Shown: positions 37,988 through 51,179 of the stretch, piece by piece
Numbering within the stretch: position 1 is the stretch's first letter
Layout of the letters: each line of letters starts with the position of its first letter
Assembly: GCF_006345805.1 (NCBI RefSeq)
Contig: NC_043008.1
Span: 5,394,001-5,458,000 of the forward strand
Direction of reading: 5' to 3'
DNA from: Octopus sinensis
Taxonomy: Eukaryota
DNA: 64,000 nucleotides
Position numbers and translations under genes: made by a program
Notes under the pieces: model-generated
What the model saw: the letters and a program-made list of their open reading frames with translations, nothing else
What the model was told of the DNA's origin: nothing
Databases searched by the model: none

Positions 37988-38705
37988 CTAGTGAACAGTG
38001 TATGTGTCAGATACATGCTTGCGTGTGTAGTGTTGGCGAATCTCAGGAAGCATGGAGGTTTTGAAGGATGCAGTGCTCCGACAACTACCAACTGATGCCG
38101 GCATTTTGTTCCATGCTTCAGCAACTCTCAGCGTGAAAAAATGTTTCCGAAAGTCATGGGAGCTGTGCTGTTTTCTGACTTTGTAAACATGTCCACGGGT
38201 GTTAGACAAATGGAGTTTGAAAAGGTGCTCAGAGTTATTGTTTGTAAGATGGTTAATAATTTTATGGGTGTCTACCAAGTCAGCTGCCAGGCGTCGGAGT
38301 TTTAATGTGTCCATGCCCAGGGAAGTAAGGCGTTCAGGATATGGCAAATGCCTGATGGAGGGTATTCTTTTGGTTGCACATCGCTGAACGGCTTCCAGAC
38401 GATTGATATCCTGGGCAAGATAGGGGTTCCAGACCGGTGATGCAAATTCCAGGTGAGGTCTTACCATAGCTATATAAAGCCGCAATAGATAGTCGGAGAG
38501 CGGCTTACAAAGGACTTGGTGGGTGATGCCAAAACATCCTCAGCCTTCTTGGCAATTTTAGCAATGTGTCTTGTCCAACGCAAATCGCTGTCAACAATAA
38601 TGCCCAGGTCACGTTCACAAGAAGACTTTTGGGGATTAGTGTTGTGGAGGGAGTAAGCAGACGCTGGGTTTTTCCTCCCAAAAGGCATGGTGGTACATTT
38701 GTTTT
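37988..38705 (-). mobile_element. CR1 3' fragment
   Basis: ORFs 37988-38485 and 38470-38718 encode the CR1 RT C-terminus across a frameshift. Confidence 0.9.
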
Positions 38706-39437
38706 GATTAAGTGACATATATTGTGTTCAATTCCCAGTAAAGTTAACCTCCACCTTTCATTCATCTGGGGTTGGTAAAATAAGGACCTATCAAGTACTG
38801 AGATTGATAAATTAAAAGTACCAGTCAAGTACTGGGCTTGATATAACTCATCATACTCATTCCCCGAAACAACAGCCTTGTACTTAAAGGCTGCAAAGAT
38901 TATTATTCGACAAATGAAGCGAGTTCATGGCTTGCAGGACGGCCTGCTGCACTTGAGGAGACCTATTGTGTCAAGTTCATCAACATCAAAATAAAAGTCG
39001 TATGGATATTGTAGTTGTGATACCCGTGCCGGTAGCACGTAGGGCCTCACAGAGAAAATGATCAAGACCGAGACCCCTGAGATATGCTGTGACTGTGAAG
39101 ACCCGACAAATGAAGTGAGTTCATGGCTCCCAGGACGGCCTGCTGTGCTAACCTTGGATCGTAGAGTGACCCGCTGTTCTCGAGGGGACCTATTGAGTCA
39201 AATACGCAAGCACCAGCATCAAAATAAAAATCAAATGGAAATTGTAGTTAAGACACCTGTGCCGGTGACACGTAAAAGGCACCGTCCGAACGTGTCAGAT
39301 GCCAGCGCCGCCTGATTGGCGTCCGTGTCAGTGACACGTAAAAGCACCAACCGATCGTAGCCGTTTGACAGTCTCCTCTGACCCCTGTGCCAGTGGTACG
39401 TAAAAAATACCTACTACACTCACGGTATATATATATA

Positions 39438-39935
39438 TATGTTTTCGATCTAGTTTGGATTCTTTGCAATCAAATTTGAATTTTTCAATTGGTGCTCAAG
39501 CCTTGAAAAAAAAAAGAGTTAAACTACATCAGCCGTAAGGGAATACATGTCTATCTTATCTAACTCGTCCAGTAGAGCCCACCAATTGATATCTGAAAAG
39601 TTCGATGAAATAACTCATGAACACTGCCATAGCTTCTACCAAAGAATGCTTCAACATATTTACGTCGTCGACCAGTCTGAACAAAGGGAGATAATAAACA
39701 AATGATTGTTTTTTTCTATTATCTCCCCTTGTTCAGACTGGTCGTCGTAAAAGAACATCTTTTGGTAGAAGCTATGGCAGTGTTCATGAGTTATTTCATC
39801 GAACTTTTCAGATATCAATTGGTGGGCTCTACTGGACGAGTTAGATAAGATAGACATGTATTCCCTTACGGCTGATGTAGTTTAACTCTTAATTCAAATT
39901 TGATAGCAAAAGATCGAAATTAGATCGAAAACATC
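39438..39935. mobile_element. Foldback (near-palindromic) element, TA-flanked
   Basis: 39514-39643 and 39761-39890 form a perfect 130-bp inverted repeat; imperfect pairing extends to both ends, leaving a 20-nt central spacer (39697-39716). Confidence 0.85.
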
Positions 39936-40144
39936 TAGATTTGAGACAGGGGAAGTAACTACACTTATCTTGTAGGGTATGGCCTTTTGGGGAGAATAAA
40001 TATATATAAACTCATGAGTTAAAGTAGTGAAATATATACAGTGGTAGTCATGCATTCATGAATTAAAATGTTTACAAAAAACAAATTTGTTTATGTGTTT
40101 ATAGTCATGTGAGGTTTCTATTTTTCAATAAATATATTTTGGTT

Positions 40145-41232
40145 ATTTCACTGATATAATAATGAAATTTTTGTATACAGTGCTCAGGTGCACCACAACT
40201 TGTCAGAAAGTGCATATAAAGTATATGCAGTAATGTGTAAAAATGTCTGGAAAGCGAACAATGTATGAGTCAGATACATGCTTGTGTGTGTATGGAGGGG
40301 AGAAAATCAGGTGTAGTGTTGGCGAATCTCAGAAAGCATGGAAGTTTTGAAGGATGCAGTGCTCCGACAACTAACAACTGATGCCGGCAGTTTGTTCCAT
40401 GCTTCAGCAACTCTCAGCGTAAAAAAATGTTTCCGAAAGTCATGGGAGCTGTGCTGTTTTCTGACTTTGTAAATATGTCCACGGGTGTTAGATGGGTGGA
40501 GTTTGAAAAGGTGCTCAGAGTTATTGTTTGTAAGATGGTTAATAATTTTATGGGTGTCTGCCAAGTCAGCTGCCAGACGTCGGAGTTTCAATGTGTCCAT
40601 GCCCAGGGAAGTAAGGCGTTCAGGATATGGCAAATGCCTGATGGAGGGTATTCTTTTGGTTGCACATCGCTGAATGGCTTCCAGACGATTGATATCCTGG
40701 GCAAGATAGGGGTTCCAGACCGGTGATGCAAATTCCAGGTGAGGTCTTACTATAGCTATATAAAGCCGCAGATAGATAGCCGGAGAGCGGCTCACAAAGG
40801 ATTTGGTGAGTTATGCCAAGAAACCCTCAGCCTTCTTGACAATTTTAGTGATGTGTTTTGTCCAACGCAAATCACTGTCGACAATAACACCCAGATCACG
40901 TTCACATGAAGACTTTTTGAGACTAGTGTTGTGGAGGGAGTAGGTGGACACTGGGTTCCTCCCAAAATGCATGGTGGTACATTTTCCCACAGCCAGCTTG
41001 AGTTGCCAGTCCATGATCCACTGCTGCATTGTCTCCAGGTCTGCTTGCAATAGGGATCTATAGTGTACAGGATTTGACCTCTTTATTTCGAGGTACAGCT
41101 TGATGTCATCTGCATATTTCAGCACTGTGGCATACTTTAAGTTGGCATCTATGTCATTAACATATGCAACAAATAAAAGGGGGCCAAGAACAGATCCCTG
41201 TGGTACACCAGATGTCATCTCATAGGGCGAAG
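40145..41232 (-). mobile_element. CR1 3' fragment including RT core
   Basis: SGVPQGSVLGPLLF, YADDIKLY, then the C-terminal domain and ATT-like tail. Confidence 0.9.
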
Positions 41233-41382
41233 AGTGCTGGTACAAAGTAAAAAGCATCCAGTATATAGAGTTTGGTACAGTCCTCTGGCTTGCCATAGCT
41301 TGCCAAACCATCCAACCACCCACAAAAGCATGGAAAACAGATGTTAAATAATGATAATAATGAGGACGATCAGTGGTAATTG

Positions 41383-41507
41383 ATTGATTAAATTAAAGTT
41401 ACACACCAAGTATCTGTTGTTCTCTGATATCTACAAATCACCCTAAGATAGATTTGTAGATATCAGAGAACAACAAATACTTGGTGTGTAACTTTAATTT
41501 AATCAAT
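41383..41507. repeat. 57-bp inverted repeat hairpin
   Basis: 41383-41439 pairs with 41451-41507 with one mismatch and an 11-nt loop. Confidence 0.9.
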
Positions 41508-42389
41508 TCATTTGAAGACTGTGAAGTATATAAAAAAATAAAACAATAAATACCATGAAGTATTAAAATATTAAACATTTATTTAAATTACATAATTAAT
41601 ATAACATATGTTAATAACCCTTCCGGCCCCGGAACCGTGTTCGCATGTCTAGTAAAGATCTCTTGCACTCAAAAAAAGAATTCCTCAAAACATTACACTC
41701 ATTAGGGATAGATGGATGATTTCCAAGGGCTACACATTCTCTAATTGTGTGGCCATCCTAAAGAAAAGAACAGGAAAAAAATGGAATTAAAATAATGGTA
41801 ATGAATATGAAAATAGCATTAATACATAGTTTGGAAATACATTAAACAAAGCAAAGTCATGTGTGTATATCAGATATTGCTACACATCGCTGGTCACAAT
41901 GCGCTTCACATTGTTTTAGCCTTCAAATGACGCCACCCCGCTGGCTAAGCAGGCAGGCCAACAGAAGAAAGAATGAGAGAAAGTTGCGGCAAAAGAGTAC
42001 AGCAGGGATCGCCACCCCACTTCTTTTTTGACACAAGGTCATTGCCAGTACCGCCTGACAGGCCCCCTGCCATGGCATGTAAAAGGGCACCATTCGAGCG
42101 TGATCGTTACCAATGTTGCCTTACTAGCACTTGTGCCGGTGGCATGTGTAAAAGATTCGAGTGTGTTCATTGCCAGTATCGCCTGACTGGCCCCATGCTG
42201 GTGGCATGTAAAAAGCACCCACTACACTTTCGGAGTGGTTGGCATTAGGAAGGGCATCAAGCTGTAGAAACTCTGCCAGATCAAGATTGGAGCCTGGTCT
42301 GGTTCGCCGGGCCTCAGTCAAAATCGTTCAACCCATGCTAGCATGGAAAGTGGACGTTAAACGATGATGATGATGATGTTGATAAATAC

Positions 42390-44300
42390 TACCTACAAAT
42401 ACATGCGATGTACTTTTGTTACCAGCAGAGTTAGGAGCTCTCTGAACTTCGCCCAGGCTATTTGTATTCTGGCAGGAATGCTCTCAGAGCATCCACACCC
42501 ACTACTGACTTGATCACCTAGGTAACAGAAGCTATCAACTAATTCTAGTTTTGTCGTTGACATGTGATGGAAGCTGTTTTCTGCACATTTTCGGTGTTTA
42601 TTGCCCCTATGCATAGGGTGTGAGACTTTTTAGCACAGCTGTACCCATCCATTCGTAACACATGACCACACCAGCATAGTCGTCTCTTGCATACCACATC
42701 TGATGCTTCTTAAGTCCAACTTTTCTCTCAGGGCACTTAGACTCTGTCGTGTATGCACACTGGCAACACATCCAAAGAAGCATACTGGCTTCATTCCTTG
42801 CAAGCTTACACATGTCCTCAGCAGGCACAGCCCATGTTTCACTGCCATGTAGCATGGCTGTTAGCACACGTGTCATACAATCTACCTTTTACTCTGAGTG
42901 AGAGGCCCTTTGTCACCAGCAGAGGTAGGAGCTCTTTGAACTTCACCCAGGTTATTCTTATTCTAGCAGCTACACTTTCAGAGCATCCACCCCCGCTACT
43001 GACTTGATCACTTAGGTAACAGAAGCTATCAACTACTTCTAGTTTTTCCCCCTGGGATGTGACAGAAGCTGTTTCCTGCACATTTTCAGTGTTTCTTGCC
43101 CTTGAGCATTTGCCACACACAAAAACTGTCCTCCCAGTTAACCTTGCTTTGATTTTCTTTTCAACTCTAGACACAAGGCCTGAAATTTTGGGAGAGGGGA
43201 CCAGTCGATTAGATCAAACCCAGTACGCAACTGGTACATAATTTATCGACCCCGAAAGGATGAAAGGCAAAGTTGACCTCGGCGGAATTTGAACTCAGAA
43301 CATAAAGACAGATGAAATACTGCTAAGCATTTCGTCTGGCGTGCTAACGTTTCTGCCAGCTTGGCACCTTAAGCTTCCTTTGATATTGCTGCACCTCTTA
43401 TGTGCCCATAGTTTACCCTGGGTATATCATATGGAGTTTCTACCTACACCTTTTCTACAGATCAAGCAGGGCCATCTATCTGAAGGGATTTGTGATTTGT
43501 CAGCCTTCCTACTTACTAAGGCTTTTTCCTAGACTGACTCTAAGGCCTTTCGATTCTAGACCTTGCTTACACACCTGAAACTTCTCCTGTAGTTCTGATA
43601 GTGATTCAGTTATTAGAGCAAGGTCATCAGCATAGAGGAGCTCCAAGGGGCAACCTGTCTTAAATTCTTCTGTTATTGCCCGGAGGACTATGATGAATAA
43701 GACAGGGATGAGGACTGATCCTTGATAGACCCCTACCCCTACCTGGAATTCTTCACTGTACTCGTAGCCAACCCTCACCTTACTGACAGCATCCTTGTAC
43801 ATGGCTTTTACAACTCTTACTAACCACTCATCTATCCCTAGTTTCCGCATTGACCACCAGATAAGGGATCAAAGGCTTTCTCCATGTCAACAAAAGTGAA
43901 GTACAGAGGTTTATCTTTGGTTAGGTATTTCTCCTGCAGCTGTCTTACCAGAAATATAGCATCAGTGGTGCTTTTCCCTGGCACAAACCCAAACTGCATC
44001 TCATCTAGACTGACTCACTCCCTAATTAGTTGGGCTATGGCCCTCTCCATGACTTTCATTACCTGATCCAACAACTCGATACCTCTGTAATTATTCGTAT
44101 CTAATGTGTCACCTTCACCTTTGTAGTAGTTGAAGATTGGTGCTGCTACACCAGTCATTGTGTATGACTCCATTTATTATCTGATTGACTATATGGGTGA
44201 CTAAACTATAGCCTACACCACCAGATATTTTAAGTATCTCTGCAGTGATTCCTGATGGACCGGGGGCTTTCCCTGTCTTCATACCCTTAATTTTCGTTGT
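42390..44300 (-). mobile_element. Degraded RTE LINE (RT region), interrupted by a SINE at about 43165-43375
   Basis: RKLGIDEWLVRVVKAMY...GVYQGSVLIP...LLYADDLALI and GKAPGPSGITAEILK. Confidence 0.85.
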
Positions 44301-44333
44301 GTCATGCAAACTTTTCAATAGTTAGAGTCAAAA

Positions 44334-44465
44334 CTACTGAAAAGGTTGCAAGACGCAACGAAAATTTTAGGAAAATAAAAATAAGAAAAAAGTGGAAAAT
44401 TTACCGGTGAGTGTGTTACATAATAAGGCACAAAAATAAAATGACTCTCCCCAGACACGACAGAA
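44334..44465 (+). repeat. Second copy of the hammerhead-bearing Penelope-like repeat (cf. 29420-29550)
   Basis: About 135 bp aligns to the reverse complement of 29420-29550; hammerhead motif at 44334-44370 with a C3/A8 mismatch. Confidence 0.7.
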
Positions 44466-46064
44466 TCTTCAGAAATATTTACTGTAAATTATCTGACAAA
44501 GAAATTGTTTCCCTTGTAAATTATAAGTCACTGAAGTATTTCTAGAGGGATGCAGCTGTTTTAGGTAACAAGAGCCAAATTAATATATTTTATATTGTAA
44601 AGAAACTGTGCAAATCACAAACATTCTTTTGTAATGGAAAAAATTACCACCTTTTTGTAACAATCACTTTCAGCTAGACATTCCTGTAACTCCACACGCA
44701 AGCCAGAACATGCAGGTTTCCAGATACTAGAACTTTCTTCTTCAGCTTCATAATAGCGAGGCATAAGGACTGAAAGTAGAGATATAAGAAATATAAGAAT
44801 TGGAAGTAGATATATAAGTGCTGAAAGTATAGATATACAAACAGCAAGTGAGATATACAAACTGGAAGAAGATATGTAAAGAAAGTGAAGATATAAGGAC
44901 TGGATTGTGTCTGAAAGGTTTGGATTAGAGAATATTGGAGTGCAGGAAAGTGTTACACTTGTTGCCTGGAAGAATTTCGGACTAAGACCATTAGTGGCAA
45001 AAAGGAGGCAAAATAGTTAAAAGGGAAGTTGTTGATGAAGCAATACCTGCTGGTGAACTTGAGGTCTGAGAAGTAAAAGGTTGAGAAAGAAATGAAGGGA
45101 GACCTTTTGAAGTTGTATGAGGATGTGAAGAAAATGTGCAGAGACATCAAAATGAAATTCGATAACTGGCATCCATGCTAGTAGGGTGCCAAGAGCACCG
45201 TACGAGTGTGATCGTTTGACAGAATGGCTAAGCAGCTTACGTGCCAGTGGCACATAAAAGGGCACCATTCGAGTGTGATTGTTACCAGCGTCGCCTTACT
45301 GGCACTTGTGCCTGTGCTAGTAGGGTGCCTAGAGCACCATCCGAGTGTGATCATTGCCAGAGCAGCCAACTGGCTTCCGTGCCGATAGCATGTAAAAGGG
45401 CACCATTAGAGCGTGATCGTTACCAATGTTGCCTTACTGGCACCTGTGCCGGTGGCATGTGTAAAAAGATTCGAGCGAGGTCATTGCCAGTACCGCCTGA
45501 CTGGCACGTAAAAAGCACCCACTACACTCTCGGAGTGGTTGACGTTAGGAAGTGCATCCAGCTGTAGAAACTCTGCCAGATCAAGATTGGAGCCTGGTGC
45601 AGCCGTCTAGTTCACCAGTCCTTAGTCACTCATCCAACACATGCTAGCATGGAAAACGGACGTTAAACAATGATGATTATGATGATGATGATCTCTTTCA
45701 GACTATGAGATGAGATGAAGGGGGACTATTTAACTGGAAGATGCAGTGGGGTCTATTTAAATCTTAGGCAGTAGAATTGGTTTACGTGACAACAAGGCAT
45801 GTCCACACACTGGTGAGCCAGTGTGATCACATTTAGGGATCAGAACACCTGAGTCCTGTATGTCTAAGCCACAGAGTCACTTTCTGCTATTTGATCCATA
45901 GCTGGGGGCCTTAACGGGTCCTACCATTCCAAGCTCGAAGATATCTAGGAGTAGTGGTGATAAATAAGTGATTCCATACTCCCCAAAACTCCTGATTTCC
46001 AAGGATAAAACCTCACCACTCGATGTAGCATCTTAAATGTCACTGGCACAGATGTATTTAATAA

Positions 46065-46697
46065 TAATAATGAAATTTTATTGTATACAGTGCTCAGGTG
46101 CACCACAACTTGTCAAAAGTGCATATAAAGAATATGCAGTAATGTACAAATATCTGGAAAGCGAACAGTGTATGAGTCAGATACATGCTTGCGTGTGTAT
46201 GGAGGGGAGAAAATCAGGTGTAGTGTTGGCGAATCTCAGGAAGCATGGAGGTTTTGAAGGATGCAGTACTCCGACAACTAACAACTGATGCCGGCAGTTT
46301 GTTCCGTGCTTCAGCAACTCTTAGCGTAAAAAAATTTTTCCGAAAGTCATGGGAGCTGTGCTGTTTTCTGACTTTGTAAACATGTCTACGGGTGTTAGAC
46401 AGATGGAGTTTGAAAAGGTGCTCAGAGTTATTGTTTGTAAGATGGTTAATAATTTTATGGGTGTCTACCAAGTCAGCTGCTAGGCGATGGAGTTTCAATG
46501 TATCCATGCCCAGGGAAGTAAGGCGATCAGAATATGGCAAATGCCTGATGGAGGGTATTCTCTTGGTTGCACGTCGCTGAATGGCTTCCAGACGATTAAT
46601 ATCCTGTGCAAGATAGGGGTTCCAGGCCGGTGATGCAAATTCCAGGTGAGGTCATACCATAGCTATATAAAGCCGCAGATAGATAGCTGGAGAGTGG
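46065..46697 (-). mobile_element. CR1 3' fragment
   Basis: ORF 46214-46540 and flanks are near-identical to the other CR1 copies. Confidence 0.9.
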
Positions 46698-46799
46698 CAT
46701 GGGTGCATTTTACGTGGCACCGGCACCTGACAAGACAAACCTGTATGGATGGAAGGCAGCCATCTTACTTAGCTTGAAGTGTCTTTCCAAGCACAGCAA

Positions 46800-47740
46800 A
46801 TCCCCGCATCTCCCAGTCCCTTGTCATTTCCTTTCTGACGATGAAACCGTTCAGCATGCTTTTGTACATTGTCGGGAGCTGTCAAGCTTGATAAGTTACA
46901 CAGAACACGTGTTATCACATCTGGGATGAGTAGAGCTGTTGGCTGGATCTATAATAAAGATGATACCTATTTCTTTACTACCCACAAGGGGCTAAACACA
47001 GAGAGGACAAACAAGGACAGACAAACGGACTAAGTCGATTACATCAACCCCAGTGTGTAACTGGTACTTATTTAATCGATCCTGAAAGGATGAAAGGCAA
47101 AGTCTACTTCAGCGGAATTTGAACTCAGAACGTAGCGGCAGACGAAATACCTATTTCTTTACTACCCACAAGGGGCTAAACACAGAGGAGACAAACAAGG
47201 ACAGACATGCAGATTAATCCGATTATATCGACCCCAGTGCTTATCTGGTACTTAATTTATCGACCCCGAAAGGATGAAAGGCAAAGTCGACCTCGGCGGA
47301 ATCTGAACTCAGAATGTAACAGCAGACGAAATACCGCTAAGCATTTCGCCCAGCGTGCTAACCTGTCTGCCAGCTCACTGCCTTAAAATAAAGATGATAC
47401 CACCAACTGGACTCTCAAAGGAAGTTGAGGTTTGTTTTTACTGTATGGTGACCGTGCTGAAAGAGTGTGTGTGGAGAACCAGAATGGAAAGTTTTGTGAC
47501 AGGGTCCTTTTTCTCTGGCCCTGGTCTGTTAAACTACTTCAGATATCAACTGAAGAGCAAGATGGGGTTGGAGAGTAGGAACCTGCCACAGAAAGAGTAT
47601 GTGAAACGTTGGAAGGATGTGATGAGAAAGGTGGGTGTAACCCAGCTTAATCATCAATGAAAGGAGAAAATAGTTGCTGGGCCTTTCAGGCTGCTGGGTA
47701 AAACTCTGTACTGTTCTATTTATAATTTAAAAAAAAAAAG
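46800..47740 (+). mobile_element. Diverged Tx1/L1 ORF2 3' fragment split by a SINE
   Basis: DDETVQHAFVHC...IIKM|IPPTGLSKE...KECVWRTR...GLLNYFRYQLKSK aligns by eye to the C-terminus of the 53718-54329 ORF. Confidence 0.75.
46968..47386 (-). mobile_element. tRNA-derived SINE multimer with 15-bp TSD
   Basis: AATAAAGATGATACC at 46953-46967 and 47387-47401 flanks tandem SINE units. Confidence 0.85.
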
Positions 47741-48825
47741 GATAAATTTAAAGTCTAGTGTTATATTTCATCATCATCATCATCGTTTAACGCCCATTTT
47801 CCATGCTAGCATGTGTTGGACGGTTCGACTGGGGTCTGGGAAGCCAATAGGCTGCACCAGGCTCCAATCTGATCTGGCAGTGTTTCTACAGCTGGATGCC
47901 CTTCCTAACGCCAACCACTCCATGAGTGTAGTGGGTGATTTTTACGTGCCAGGCAAGGCTGGCAACGGCCACGATCGGTTGGTGCCTTTTAATGTTATAT
48001 TTATTATTCTAAATTTTTAAATACCATACGAACTACATAACTTTTGTGTAATTGTGTTTTGTCCTATAGTGTCCTATCTTTGTATCGATTTTTATGATCA
48101 TAATAAAGAATCATCACCACTTTGTGCCACACATCTTCCTGGGTCTTTCCCTTCTACAGGTCCCGCCTCAATTAGAGCTCAGCACTTCTTTACACAGCTG
48201 TCCTTATCATTACGCATCACATTCGAGCGTGATCATTACCAGCGTCGCCATACTGGCACTCGAGCCCCATGCTAGTAGGGTATTAAGAGCACCATCCGAG
48301 CGTGATTGTTGCCAGAGCGGCTATCTGGCCTCCGTGCCGGTGGCACGTAAACAACACCATTCGAGCATGATTGTTACCAGCAACACCTTACTGGCACCTG
48401 TGCCGGTGGCATGTGTAAAAGATTCAAGCAAGGTCGTTGCCAGTACCGCCTGACTGGCCCCCGTACCGTTGGCACGTAAAAGCACCCACAACACTCTCAG
48501 AGTGGTTGGCATTAGGAAGGGCATCCAGCCATACCAACTCTGCCAAATCAAAACTGGAGCCTGGTGCAGCCATCTGGTTCGCCAATCCTCAAGTCATTCG
48601 TCCAACCCATGCTAGCATGGAAAGCGGACCTTAAACGATGATAATGATGATGATGACCAAACCAGTGCAGTCTTCTCTCTTGCACACAACATCTGATGCT
48701 TCTTATACAGTTTTCTTCTTAAATCATTTATACTCTGTTGTGCGTGCACACTGACATTACCCATCCAGCAGAGCTTGCTAGCTTCATTTCTTTCAAGCCT
48801 ATGCAAGACCTTTGTAGGCAAAGCC

Positions 48826-50770
48826 CATGATATATATATATGAGATGCAGTTTGGTTTTGTGCCGGGTAGAAGCACCACTGATGCTATATTCCTGGTCCG
48901 ACAACTGCAGGAGAAGTACCTAGCTAAAGATAAACCCCTCTACATAGCTTTTGTGGACTTGGAGAAAGCCTTTGACAGGGTCCCCCGATCCCTTATCTGG
49001 TGGTCGATGCGGAAACTGGAGATTGACGAATGGCTAATAAGGGATGTACAGGCCCTATACAGAGAGGTTATCAGCAAGGTTAGGAATGGCAACGAATATA
49101 GTGAAGAATTCCGGGTAGAAGTAGGTGTACACAAAGGCTCAGCCCTCAGTCCCCTTTTATTCATCATAGTCCTCCAGGCAATAATGGAGGAATTCAAAAC
49201 AGGTTGCCCCTGGGAGCTCCTCTATGCTGATGACCTGGCTCTCATAGCAGAATCACTACCGGAACTAGAAAAGAAATTTTGGGTGTGGAAACAAGGGTTA
49301 GAATCAAAGGGCCTTAGAGTAAATGTAGCAAAGACCAAAGTTATAGTAAGTAGAAAGGCAAACTCAGACACACCCCATCGGGCAGGTGGCCCTGCTCGAT
49401 CTGTAGGAAAGGTGTAGGTAGAAACTCCATAAGATGCACCCAGTGTAAGCTATGGACGCGTAAGAGGTGCAGCAACATCAAAGGGAAATTAACTGATAAG
49501 ATAGCTTTCATGTACAGCAGATGCACAGGGACAATAGATACCACAGATACTCAGAAAACAGATTCCATCACACTCCAGGGGAAGAAACTAGAAGTAGTTG
49601 ATAGTTTCCGCTACCTAGGTGACCAAGTTAGTAGTGGAGGTGGATGCTCAGAGAGTGTTACCACTAGAATACGAATAGCCTGGGTAAAGTTTAGAAAGCT
49701 CCTACCCCTACTGGCGACAAAGGGTCTCTCACTCAGAGTGAAAGGTAGATTGTATGATGCATGTGTGCGAACTGCCATGCTTCACGGTAGTGAAACATGG
49801 ACCGTGACTGCAGAGGACATGCGTAGACTTGAAAGAAATGAAGCTAGCATGATCCGCTGGATGTGTAATGTCAGTGTGCATGCATGACAGAGTGTAAGCA
49901 CCCTAAGAGAAATGCTGGACATAAGAAGCATCAGATGTGGTGTGCAAGAGCGACGCTTGCGATGGTATGGTCATGTACTGCGGATGGATGAGGAGAGATG
50001 TGTGAAGAAGTGCCGCTCCCAAACAGTTGAAGGAATCAGGGGGAGAGGTAGACCCAGGAAGACATGGGATGAGGTAGTCAAACATGACCTTAGAGCGTTG
50101 GGCCTCACTGAGGCAATGGCGAAGGACCAAGATCTCTGGAGATGTGCTGTGACTGCAAAGACCCGGGCTGCTTCCGGCACCAGTTCCGCATAGCCCCTGC
50201 CCATTCAAAGTACCTTGGATCCCAGAACATCTCGCTGTGCTTGAGGAGACCTGTTGAGTCAAGTGCATGTACATGAACATCGAAACAAATATCAATGGAA
50301 ATAGTAGTTGTGATACCTGTGCCGGTGGCACATAAAAAGCACCATCCGAACGTGGCCGATGCCAGCGCCACCTCGACTGGCTTCTGTGCCGGTGGCACAT
50401 AAAAAGCACCATCCGAACGTGACCGATGCCAGCGCTGCCTCGACTGGCTTCTGTGCCGGTGGCACATAAAAAGCACCATCCAAACGTGGCCGATGCCAGC
50501 GCCACCTTGGCTGGCTTCCGTACCGGTGGCACGTTAAAAGCACCAACCGATCGTGGCTGATATCAGACACCCCTGGCACCTGTGCTGGTGGCACGTAAAA
50601 AGCACCCACTACACTCGCAGAGTGGTTGGCGTTAGGAAGGGCATCCAGCTGTAGAAACACTGCCAGATCAAGATTGGAGCTTGGTGCAGCCCCTGGCTTC
50701 CCAGACCCCGGTCGAACCGTCCAACCCGTGCTAGCACGGAAAATGGACGTTAAACGATGATGATGATGTA
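48826..50770 (+). mobile_element. 5'-truncated RTE LINE (RT core to 3' tail)
   Basis: QFGFVPGRSTTDAIF...FVDLEKAFDRVP...LLYADDLALI, the C-terminal domain across frameshifts, a 3'UTR with tandem units, and a GAT tail. Confidence 0.9.
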
Positions 50771-51179
50771 TGTATATCATCATCATTTAATGTCCATGAT
50801 CCATACTGGCATGGGTTGGACAGTTTGACAAAGATCTGATGGGTCCAAGACCTGCATCTTGCTCCAGTGTCGGCTTTAGCATAGTTTCTATGGTTGGATA
50901 CCTTTCCTAACACCAACCACTTTACAGTGTATATATGTATATATCACAGTACTGACCAGGCCACCATTTGCTGTTACACACCACTGGTCACAATGCACTT
51001 CTAATTTTGTCTTGATTGCACCATTCTTTTCCATCTTAACCCAAATTGCTTGTCTAAGTCGTCTTCCCTTCATCGTGGAGACCTTCCAAATGGCCTTTTT
51101 TGATATCCTGGATACCACTCGGCAACTGTATGCATCCACCTGTTGTTTGTGAACCTTGGGTAACCGTCGTTAATTTTTA

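Noticed and set aside
50888-51139. Exon-like segment with acceptor on the minus strand
   Set aside because: An alternative frame (EWYPGYQKRPFGRSPR*...) matches a decayed LINE C-terminus with a stop.
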